A stretch of DNA of 64,000 bases, from IMG/VR virus record IMGVR_UViG_3300019458_000004, positions 1-64,000 of that record, one strand, 5' to 3'. How positions within the stretch are numbered: the stretch's first letter is position 1; every line of letters begins with the position of its first letter. The translations under genes were made by a program, and so were the position numbers. Origin of the DNA: a virus. Lineage: Duplodnaviria; Heunggongvirae; Uroviricota; Caudoviricetes. Of the stretch, positions 8,731 to 16,492 are shown one piece after another. Under the pieces are notes generated by a model. That model saw only the letters and a list, made by a program, of their open reading frames with translations, did not search any database and was not told the origin of the DNA.

Positions 8731-9083
8731 TCGTTCTCCGGCTTAGGTTTAGGCGGTGGAAGTAAATTATTCAATTCCGGTGCATATTGTTCATAATACA
8801 CCAAAAAAGCAGCATTTACAAGCATATGCCAAGAATGTGGTAATCCAGATTCATTATCAGTCATTTCGCCTCGACAACGTTTAAAAGAATGTCTAAGCAA
8901 AGAATCCATCGGAACAGAGTGTTCGGCACATTTCTTCCAATTATGATCTGGATACTTTCCACCACCAGCAACCGAAGATTTATACAAAACAGCGGCCATT
9001 GCTTCAATTATTTCGTAGGGAACCCACGAAAAAGGAAGTTTACCTTTGCTATCTCGTAATGCTCCGGTAGGCGATTCATTCAT
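8727..9083 (-). CDS. putative dNTP pyrophosphohydrolase-like phage protein (weak)
   Basis: ORF 8727..9182 trimmed to Met34. The motif ..IEAMAAVLYKSSVAGGGKYPDHNWKK..SLLRH..GE..DNESGLPH resembles phage dATP/dGTP diphosphohydrolase N-domain proteins. Confidence 0.3.
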   Translation of the reverse strand: MNESPTGALRDSKGKLPFSWVPYEIIEAMAAVLYKSSVAGGGKYPDHNWKKCAEHSVPMDSLLRHSFKRCRGEMTDNESGLPHSWHMLVNAAFLVYYEQYAPELNNLLPPPKPKPENE

Positions 9084-9084
9084 A

Positions 9085-9282
9085 TTAGGCAGACTGGGCT
9101 TCGGAAACGGATTGCTCATTTGACACCTCTTGCGGTGCAGCAGACGGTTGTTGTGGACGCAGTTGTGGCGCGGCTTCTTCATTCATACGTTCAAGAATGG
9201 CGGCAACTTCATTATATGGACGAGCAGCTAAATAACGCACAACAGCATCAACTAATTCTTTTGAAAACGATAGGGTAGACAT
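9085..9282 (-). CDS. hypothetical protein
   Basis: 65-aa ORF. Confidence 0.35.
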   Translation of the reverse strand: MSTLSFSKELVDAVVRYLAARPYNEVAAILERMNEEAAPQLRPQQPSAAPQEVSNEQSVSEAQSA

Positions 9283-9292
9283 TTTCTCCTTT

Positions 9293-9481
9293 TTATTGAT
9301 AAATAATAATTACAGAAACTAATTTTTCGGATTCACCCATTTCAGCAGCTTTATACTTCATGGGAACTATTGACATTATATCGAAATCACTTAAAGAGTC
9401 AAGCTTTTCTTTTAATTGTTCGGCATTTTCGAAATTAAAGAGTTCAACTCTAGTTCGAACACCACCTTGTAAGTTTAACAT
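9293..9481 (-). CDS. hypothetical protein
   Basis: 62-aa ORF. Confidence 0.35.
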   Translation of the reverse strand: MLNLQGGVRTRVELFNFENAEQLKEKLDSLSDFDIMSIVPMKYKAAEMGESEKLVSVIIIYQ

Positions 9482-10224
9482 TATCTATACTCCGTTTTAA
9501 ACTTTTCAGAGGTTTTACCTCGACAATATGCTCCACAGTTTTTGCAAACATATCTACGGTACTTACTAGTTGAAGTATATCGATATCCTTTAAATTCCAG
9601 CTTTAAATGTCCACATTTTGGACATCCGTTTGGAACTTCACGCAACAAAGCAATATTTGGGTGGTTTTCCGCAAACGGCCTTAATTTTAAATAAACTTTT
9701 TTAAGTAATACAACGTCCTGTTTATTGTAATCAGCCATTTGCTTCCAAGCTTTTTGATCACCGGCCATACAATCTAACCAAAGGTCGAATCCGCCTGTTT
9801 TTTCTTTACGGCCAACTTCTAGAAGATTTCCAAGATCATCTAAGCTATTAGAATTAAATTTGAAATACTTCTTTGCAATCTTTTTCGTATCGATTTTTTG
9901 ATATGTGGAAACCGGTCCCAACCCATGTTCAATAAACTTAGCATTGGATTTTTTATTATCAAATTCGTCGCCATTATGAGCAATAACAACATCGGCTTCA
10001 TCTAATAAACCATGTAAAAATTGTGTTAAAGATTTATCGGTTTTATCCTTAAAATCCATTCGAGTTTTAACATAGACCTTTTTTTCTCCAAGCCAACTAT
10101 AAGCTACAGAGAGAAGCTCCCATTCTTTTTTAAAGGCAATTACGTTTTGTTCCCATTTTCCCCAAGTATAACTCAAGTTGGGGGAAGTTTCTAAGTCAAA
10201 TAACAAAATCTTAGGTTTAATCAT
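9481..10224 (-). CDS. DEDD-family 3'-5' exonuclease (DnaQ-like)
   Basis: Exo motifs LFDLETS, HNGDEFD, YNKQDV. C-terminal Cys4 ribbon. Confidence 0.6.
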   Translation of the reverse strand: MIKPKILLFDLETSPNLSYTWGKWEQNVIAFKKEWELLSVAYSWLGEKKVYVKTRMDFKDKTDKSLTQFLHGLLDEADVVIAHNGDEFDNKKSNAKFIEHGLGPVSTYQKIDTKKIAKKYFKFNSNSLDDLGNLLEVGRKEKTGGFDLWLDCMAGDQKAWKQMADYNKQDVVLLKKVYLKLRPFAENHPNIALLREVPNGCPKCGHLKLEFKGYRYTSTSKYRRYVCKNCGAYCRGKTSEKFKTEYR

Positions 10225-10537
10225 TTATTCCTTCTAATTTCCTAAAAAAATGCCGGAAATACGGAAAAGCGCTTTCAAGATCTAAAATTTGTTGTTCCGT
10301 TAGTCCAACATTATGTTCTTCTGAAACGGCATGAAAAAACTCATGCCAATACGTTTCCATCATTAATTTAGGTTTTAAGTCACTTTTTAAAATAATTTGT
10401 TTAGGATCAAATCGGGTTTCGCCATAAGTATCTTGTCCGTGGAAATCTTTAATAAACAGAATTTCATATTCAGCTTTTGATCCAGCTTTAATTTTTGTTG
10501 GGATATTCTTGGCTAATTTATTCCAATTCATCTTCAT
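10217..10537 (-). CDS. hypothetical HExxH zinc-metallopeptidase-like protein
   Basis: WHEFFHAV motif. Confidence 0.3.
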   Translation of the reverse strand: MKMNWNKLAKNIPTKIKAGSKAEYEILFIKDFHGQDTYGETRFDPKQIILKSDLKPKLMMETYWHEFFHAVSEEHNVGLTEQQILDLESAFPYFRHFFRKLEGIND

Positions 10538-10769
10538 AAGATTCCAACGATTTCTTAAATTTCTTTATATATACATCTATCATTGCTTTATTATCAATAA
10601 TTGATGAGATAACTTCCTTTACTGGTGTATACTTTTTATATGTTGTTAATCCTTGAAGTGTGACGCTAAAAAGCTTCTGTATAGTTGCTAAATCTGTAAT
10701 AACCTTATTTAGCTTCCTTGCTCTTTTGTATTGTTGTAAATTAGTCGTCATATTCGTTTTTAACGGCAA
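10518..10769 (-). CDS. hypothetical protein
   Basis: 83-aa ORF. Confidence 0.35.
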   Translation of the reverse strand: MPLKTNMTTNLQQYKRARKLNKVITDLATIQKLFSVTLQGLTTYKKYTPVKEVISSIIDNKAMIDVYIKKFKKSLESYEDELE

Positions 10770-11724
10770 TTCCTAATTTAATCTTATTTTGAAATAATTG
10801 ATTAAAATAGTCAATTTCTTCTTGAATCGAGTCAATTGATTCTTTAATAGAAATATCTTCTAAATCTGATCGTAAGAAAATTTCAGAAATATGCGCTGGG
10901 GTAAAGCTATTGTATTTCTTTTGAGCGATTTGTTCTAGAATTTCTTCCGTTGCAACATTATCGGTGTCGTAGAACTTTAGTAGTTGTTGGCGTTCTTTTG
11001 GGGTTGGATAATCGAACTTAATTTTTCGATCTACACGCTTTGGCCGGTTAGCAATGTTTTCAAGCAAATTTTCTGGGTAGTTTGTTGTCGGAATAATAAG
11101 TGTTGGAATACGAAATGCTTTTTCTTGATTATCTAATAGACTTAAAAGCGAACTTTCTGACTTAATACGAACCTGATCAACTTCGACTCCACCAATATCT
11201 TCCGCAATTACAATTAAAAATTTAACTCCTTTATAATCAAAAGTCTTAACAAATTCTTTCACTTCGTATGGATCAATTACATCGGTTTTCCAGAAAATAA
11301 TGGCTGTCGATCCTTCTTTAGCATATTTTAAAGAAATAAGCTTTAGTGCTTCGCTTTTTCCAGTTCCGGCAGGACCATATAAAAGATAAACTCGCTTTGG
11401 AACATCGATCTTTCGTTTGGCATAAACATGTAGTCTATTTTTAAACTTATCTATTAATTCTGTAAGCTGCGCGGTTTTGGCGAATGTTTCAAGAATTTGA
11501 TCGTTATTAAATTCTGTTTCTTGGAGAACTAGCCTTCCCCCACCTTTTTTAATTGTCCAAATACCAGGCTTGACTTTATAAGGTTCGGACTTAGTACTTT
11601 CTTCAACGTATTCTAATTGTACAAACTGATCGCCGGATACGCAAGCAAAATCGCTTTCCGGAAGCTTCTCACCAATTTGCATTTCATGAAGGGTCTTTTT
11701 AGATTTTACACGAAAGTAACCCAA
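10741..11724 (-). CDS. AAA+ ATPase
   Basis: Walker A LYGPAGTGKSE, Walker B FLIVIAEDIGG. AGGAG RBS. Confidence 0.6.
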   Translation of the reverse strand: MGYFRVKSKKTLHEMQIGEKLPESDFACVSGDQFVQLEYVEESTKSEPYKVKPGIWTIKKGGGRLVLQETEFNNDQILETFAKTAQLTELIDKFKNRLHVYAKRKIDVPKRVYLLYGPAGTGKSEALKLISLKYAKEGSTAIIFWKTDVIDPYEVKEFVKTFDYKGVKFLIVIAEDIGGVEVDQVRIKSESSLLSLLDNQEKAFRIPTLIIPTTNYPENLLENIANRPKRVDRKIKFDYPTPKERQQLLKFYDTDNVATEEILEQIAQKKYNSFTPAHISEIFLRSDLEDISIKESIDSIQEEIDYFNQLFQNKIKLGIAVKNEYDD

Positions 11725-11725
11725 T

Positions 11726-11926
11726 TTAAACTCCTAGGATTTCTTTCTTATATTTATCCAATAGATCTTTATTAATAACTTCCTTCTTCGGATTTCCAAA
11801 AGGCGTGAATAATACGTATTCTAACGCGCTTCCAGTCCAATGTACGAGCATCAGCCCGTCGCCGAAATCTCGGAAGTATCCATACCGTTCAAAAAAAGCC
11901 GGTTCTTTTGGGAGATTTAATTTCAT
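11726..11926 (-). CDS. hypothetical protein
   Basis: 66-aa ORF. Confidence 0.35.
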   Translation of the reverse strand: MKLNLPKEPAFFERYGYFRDFGDGLMLVHWTGSALEYVLFTPFGNPKKEVINKDLLDKYKKEILGV

Positions 11927-12126
11927 GAAAGTGATTCCCTTACGACATTAACTTTTTCTTTATTTAAATATACACGTTTTAATTGAAAATTAATAGAAGA
12001 ATAATTTAATGCCGTTTCCATTGCATTGGATTCATTTCGAGCAATAATATGTGTTGGCAGAAATTCGTATTCTTCTTTCGTGGCCGTTGAACTGACTAGT
12101 TCGTATTCTACATTATAAAGATTCAT
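11923..12126 (-). CDS. hypothetical protein
   Basis: 67-aa ORF. Confidence 0.35.
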   Translation of the reverse strand: MNLYNVEYELVSSTATKEEYEFLPTHIIARNESNAMETALNYSSINFQLKRVYLNKEKVNVVRESLS

Positions 12127-12200
12127 ATTCTTCCTTTTTATCTGTTGAAAAATAAACTCTATCGATTCCTAATGATTTTATCATTCGGCAACAAGAATTG

Positions 12201-12593
12201 CTAGATATTTTCTTCAATTATTGCATTCTCAGTACTATAAATGATTTTTTTAATACCGGCTTTTTGTAAAGCCAAAAAACAAATTTTGCAAGGTTTAGAC
12301 ATTCCTTTTTGACCATTTGCTTTTTCTCTATAAATATAAGCGGTTCCTTTATAAGTCTTGTTAAAGTCAACACCAATTAATGCGTCTAGTTCAGCATGTA
12401 TAAAATTTCCCCAAGTCGGACACTTTGGGTGAGTTTTTGTCATATTATTATATCCGGTAGATATAACAATTTTACTTTTATTTAAAATTACACAACCGAT
12501 TTTAAATTTAGAAGGGGATTTTTTTGCTATTTGTTTGACTAAACTAACAATTTTAATCGAAACTGAACTAGATTTGTTAAATGTTTTATCCAC
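12201..12593 (-). CDS. dCMP/cytidine deaminase-fold protein
   Basis: Zinc motifs HAELDALIG and PCKICFLAL. Confidence 0.65.
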   Translation of the reverse strand: MDKTFNKSSSVSIKIVSLVKQIAKKSPSKFKIGCVILNKSKIVISTGYNNMTKTHPKCPTWGNFIHAELDALIGVDFNKTYKGTAYIYREKANGQKGMSKPCKICFLALQKAGIKKIIYSTENAIIEENI

Positions 12594-12901
12594 TCTTCGT
12601 ATTGTAGATTATGTTTACCTAAATTACAAGTTTTACAACAAGGAATTGTATTATTTATTGAGTAACCTTGATTATTGTCTTTCCGATCTAACCCATTATA
12701 GTGTAGTATTTTCTTATGTAGGTTACTTGGGGGTTTGTTGCAGTAGGAACAGTGACTTTTAATTAGGGTTTCAAATTCTTCTCTATATTGTTTTTCAATA
12801 TTAGGATTTGAGTGGTCAATAAAATTATTAGTAACTCCTAGCTTCTTAATAAAGTTTAAATCAAAAGCATTCTCAAGAACTTTTAAAAACATGCTATGCA
12901 T
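12539..12901 (-). CDS. HNH endonuclease (HNH_3-like)
   Basis: CSYCNKPP...YNGLDRKDNNQGYSINNTIPCCKTCNLGK. Confidence 0.6.
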   Translation of the reverse strand: MHSMFLKVLENAFDLNFIKKLGVTNNFIDHSNPNIEKQYREEFETLIKSHCSYCNKPPSNLHKKILHYNGLDRKDNNQGYSINNTIPCCKTCNLGKHNLQYEEWIKHLTNLVQFRLKLLV

Positions 12902-12902
12902 T

Positions 12903-13416
12903 TTACTTCCTTTTATCTAAAAGCTTTTTCGGTGGAGAACCTAGAATTATTTCGGTGTTTCCATCATGACCATGAATTGTTCGAATCTGTTCTAAATTAT
13001 CAAAAATAGACATAGTTTCAAAGCCAATGCTTCGCCATTCAAGGATAGCTCGATGTGATTCTAAAATAATACCTCGCGCAACAACTCCTGTTCCACTAAC
13101 CCCAGAGAGATCCTTCTTTCTTAACAAATAAAATTCCTGAAGTTTCATTTTACCTTCCCACAAATAGTACAAACCTCTTCCATTGTAGCAAATCCTTGGT
13201 ATCTCTAGATCCAAAAGTATCTAGTCCAAAGTAATAAGTCTTTTGTGAAATAATAACACTCATAATATCAACATCATCAATACTATTTTCGTCTGTGCTA
13301 GGCACAAAAGTTCCGTGGCAATGAGAACCCCGATAGGCAGTTAAAATTGCGTGTTGAAAAGTATCTGCGTGTTCTTTTTCTATTTGTTCAAATGGTTTCA
13401 TTTTTAAAGACGCCAA
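12903..13416 (-). pseudogene. nucleotidyltransferase (pol-beta superfamily, YGS..G..SDxD type) split by a frameshift into two overlapping ORFs
   Basis: ORF 13150..13416 has YRGSHCHGTFVPSTDENSIDDVDIMSV (GS...D.D NTase signature). ORF 12903..13214 continues in another frame with a 65-nt overlap. Confidence 0.4.
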
Positions 13417-14774
13417 TCAATTTCTTTTACTCCATTTGCTTTTAAAAATTCATTCGCTTTTGAAAAATACTTTCCCCCGAAGAAATGCTTCTCTGGCTGA
13501 CCTAATGGACTAGGGTGACCACCTTCTAATACTAAAACTTTATCATGTATCTTTAATTCCTGCAATTTATCTTTTGCGTATTTCCCCCATGCTAGTAATG
13601 CAATTGGTGTTTTATAATCCAAAACCCGTTGAATAATCTTGGTGGTAATCTGTTCCCAGCCTAATCCTTTGTGCGCGGCAGATTTCCCCTCTTCTGTCGT
13701 AAGTACAGAATTTAATAGAAGAACCCCTTGCTTCGCCCATGGCTCAAGATTCCCGCTTTTATAGCTCCAAGAATAACCTAAATCATTTCCTAATTCATTA
13801 AAAACATTAATTAGTGAGGGTGGAGGTTTTTTTCCGTGTTCTACAGAAAAAGCCAAACCACAAGCATCTTCCGCATTCAGATACGGATCTTGGCCTATAA
13901 TAATTACTTTTGTTTCCCATGGTTTAAAGTAAGTTAAGGCTCTAAACACTTGACTAGGCTTGGGAAGCGTTGTGGGGGCCTTTATCAACGTTTTAAGGGA
14001 TTCGGGTAGCTGGGCTATGTATTTATCTTCCGGACCCTCTATAAGCGATTTTAACTCATTTGGGGAAGGAATTAAGCCCGGGTTATTAGAATATTTGGCT
14101 AATATCTCGCCGTGGCAGGATTTCGGGGCACACCAACAACCTAATTTTTTCTCTTTTAATTCGGGTAATTGTTTTAACAAATCAAGGTTATTAAGTAAAT
14201 ACTTCTCGTATTCCTCAATAGCTTTTTCGCGCGATTCAACAATTTTTAATCCCTTAGAAGATAAATCTTTTTGATGACTAAATGGATTCCCCCAAATGGA
14301 AGGTCTACCTATATAAATGTCATATTTATCTTTTGTATGGTTTTTTACGTAGTTACTAGGATCTATTTCACAAAGCTGTTTAAAATTTTTCTGAAGAGCG
14401 TAGTTCAAGAGCTTTTCTCGAACCGGATAAATTGCCTCGAAAATTAAGGCCGATTTAAAGAGTTTTTCCAGCAACCCTTTTTTATCGTAATCACCATTAA
14501 AATCTCGTTCCAAACCTAAAGAACGATCTGATTTAAAATAAACTTGTACTTTATCGCCTTCTTGTAATCCTTCAATATTTTTAACAGCATCATACACTTT
14601 TTGTTCATTAGTTCGTTCGGGATTTAAGACAGCGGCAGTAATAGTTTTTTTAGAAGTCCAACGAGAAATATCTTTAATATCACATATTTCTTTAATATAT
14701 TTGTTATAAAGATTTAAAATTTGTTCATCCTTATTTAACATAAGTAAACCATAATTTATTCGTGTGCTTTGCAT
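13404..14774 (-). CDS. ung: multidomain protein: N-terminal unknown domain, DUF4326-like domain, family-1 uracil-DNA glycosylase
   Basis: C-terminus has UDG motifs IIGQDPY..GLAFSV and HPSPLG. Middle has YIGRPSIWGNPF...LGCWCAPKSCHGEIL (DUF4326-like). Confidence 0.7.
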   Translation of the reverse strand: MQSTRINYGLLMLNKDEQILNLYNKYIKEICDIKDISRWTSKKTITAAVLNPERTNEQKVYDAVKNIEGLQEGDKVQVYFKSDRSLGLERDFNGDYDKKGLLEKLFKSALIFEAIYPVREKLLNYALQKNFKQLCEIDPSNYVKNHTKDKYDIYIGRPSIWGNPFSHQKDLSSKGLKIVESREKAIEEYEKYLLNNLDLLKQLPELKEKKLGCWCAPKSCHGEILAKYSNNPGLIPSPNELKSLIEGPEDKYIAQLPESLKTLIKAPTTLPKPSQVFRALTYFKPWETKVIIIGQDPYLNAEDACGLAFSVEHGKKPPPSLINVFNELGNDLGYSWSYKSGNLEPWAKQGVLLLNSVLTTEEGKSAAHKGLGWEQITTKIIQRVLDYKTPIALLAWGKYAKDKLQELKIHDKVLVLEGGHPSPLGQPEKHFFGGKYFSKANEFLKANGVKEIDWRL

Positions 14775-15351
14775 GTCCTTTTAACACTTTCCAAATTAAT
14801 TGTTTGTGGATATTAAGGCATTTCGCCGCTTCACTTATTGAAGGATAAATTTGACCGTTGCTGCATCTAATTTGATGTTTTTTTCTAGTTAACCGAATTT
14901 TATGTTTTGTAATCTCGCTTGAAAACTTTCCTTTATTCCAAGGAATTTGTCCCTTATGACTTAAACTTAGATTTTGTTTATGTTCTTTAGTAAAGGGTTG
15001 CTTTTTTCGATTTTTTAATTTGATACTGATTTTTTGTTTTTGTTCCTCGGATTGTTTTCGACCGAGCATAGGCGCGGTTGCATTTTTTGCAATATTATAA
15101 GACGGGTTTAACTCTGTAAGATAAAATTGTTCGAGGATTAAACACTCTTTAATTGAACATTTATGAATAAAAATAAAATCAAAAACAAATTCTCCATATT
15201 TATTCCATGCTCTTTGTAACTTTATTGAATGATGCTTATTTCTATTAAGCAATGCTTTGTGTTTTTTTAAACGTAGTGGGACATTTTGGCTGCTTCCTAT
15301 ATAACACTTTCCATTGGTTCTATTTAAAATTTTATAAATCCCGGAATTCAT
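14731..15351 (-). CDS. GIY-YIG homing endonuclease (Seg-like)
   Basis: GIYKILNRTNGKCYIGSS...R..H. ATGA overlap with the DNA polymerase C-fragment. Confidence 0.8.
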   Translation of the reverse strand: MNSGIYKILNRTNGKCYIGSSQNVPLRLKKHKALLNRNKHHSIKLQRAWNKYGEFVFDFIFIHKCSIKECLILEQFYLTELNPSYNIAKNATAPMLGRKQSEEQKQKISIKLKNRKKQPFTKEHKQNLSLSHKGQIPWNKGKFSSEITKHKIRLTRKKHQIRCSNGQIYPSISEAAKCLNIHKQLIWKVLKGHAKHTNKLWFTYVK

Positions 15352-15656
15352 AATTCAAGTAAAATTTTAATAAATTCATTCATAAATTCTTGTAAAGCTT
15401 TTTCTTTACCTGTTGCTTTTAAAGCACTGCCTTTAATTTTAATCGTTCCATCTTGATGTTTAATTGCATAATTTTTTGCTTTTAAAGTAGCAATAACAGG
15501 AAAACAACCGTTTAGTTCCCAGATAATTGTTTTAGGATAAAGAGAGTTTAAAGAAAGACGAAGGGCTTCAATCTCTTCTTTAGAGAAAGAAGCCCCGGTC
15601 GGTTTCTTAAAAAATATAGAATCAGTATCGCAGGCTATAATTTCAAAGTTATTCAT
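15348..15656 (-). CDS. family-B DNA polymerase, C-terminal fragment (motif C + KKRY-like)
   Basis: IIACDTDSIFF (YGDTDS motif C) and KAKNYA (KKRYA-like). Motif C is absent from the large upstream ORF. Confidence 0.7.
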   Translation of the reverse strand: MNNFEIIACDTDSIFFKKPTGASFSKEEIEALRLSLNSLYPKTIIWELNGCFPVIATLKAKNYAIKHQDGTIKIKGSALKATGKEKALQEFMNEFIKILLEL

Positions 15657-15837
15657 CTTGTTTTATTGGTTCAGCAATAATTTCATAAATTGGTTCGCCT
15701 AACCAATGCCCCGAATAACCACCAAGTTGTAACTTCCATCCGACTTTTGCGAAATCATTTTTAAACTTAACCAATTGTTCTTCTGTTCCCACAATGGAAA
15801 ATGTTTCTAATATTCTTTTGGGTTCTTGATTATCCAT
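15649..15837 (-). CDS. hypothetical protein (between the DNA polymerase fragments)
   Basis: 62-aa ORF. Confidence 0.35.
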   Translation of the reverse strand: MDNQEPKRILETFSIVGTEEQLVKFKNDFAKVGWKLQLGGYSGHWLGEPIYEIIAEPIKQDE

Positions 15838-15839
15838 AA

Positions 15840-16301
15840 TTATCCAAACAAATATAAAAGAGTCGCAGCATGTAAAAACTGGTCAAATCCTATTGTAACA
15901 TAAAACCAATGGTCTTCCCAGTATTCATAATCCCGAACATAATGTTTGTACCAATTGTTCCGCCAAACTTTAAGCCTCTTGGGGGTTTTACCAGTTTTAG
16001 TTTTGGTAATCAAATGTCCTTTAAACACTTCTTGTTCCATTTCTCTAATATCTTTAAGTGTTGAAAAATGAGCCCGTAGTTTATATAAATTCCAAATATT
16101 TCTATCAATTATTCCATGAAGCAAAGTATTCATAGCAGATAATCGCCAGCCAACAAATGGTAGAAAGACTAAAAATTGAATAGCTAAATGTCCAAAAAGC
16201 CAACGAAAATCAGAAGACTTTTTCTTTCCCATTTCGCGGGGTTGAAGAATAAAATCGGCTAGGAAATGTAGAAAGAATAATTTAATCATACTCTTTCCCA
16301 A
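15840..16301 (-). CDS. hypothetical multi-pass membrane protein (between the DNA polymerase fragments)
   Basis: Several hydrophobic helices (LFFLHFLADFIL, LAIQFLVFLPFVGW, FLHAATLLYLFG). Confidence 0.4.
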   Translation of the reverse strand: MGKSMIKLFFLHFLADFILQPREMGKKKSSDFRWLFGHLAIQFLVFLPFVGWRLSAMNTLLHGIIDRNIWNLYKLRAHFSTLKDIREMEQEVFKGHLITKTKTGKTPKRLKVWRNNWYKHYVRDYEYWEDHWFYVTIGFDQFLHAATLLYLFG

Positions 16302-16492
16302 ATCACTTTTCTCACTTTTTTGTATTTAGTATCTATAGTTCCGATGCCTTTGCAAAAAGGACATGAAATCCATCTAGTATCATATCCATTACTTTCATAC
16401 CCGCTAGATATTTCCTTTTGCCCACTACAATAAAAACAAGTTTCAGTCACTATTTTCGTTTGTGACTTCTTCTTTCGGCTTCCATTCTTCAT
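16286..16492 (-). CDS. hypothetical zinc-ribbon protein
   Basis: CFYCSG...CPFCKG. Confidence 0.35.
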   Translation of the reverse strand: MKNGSRKKKSQTKIVTETCFYCSGQKEISSGYESNGYDTRWISCPFCKGIGTIDTKYKKVRKVIWERV

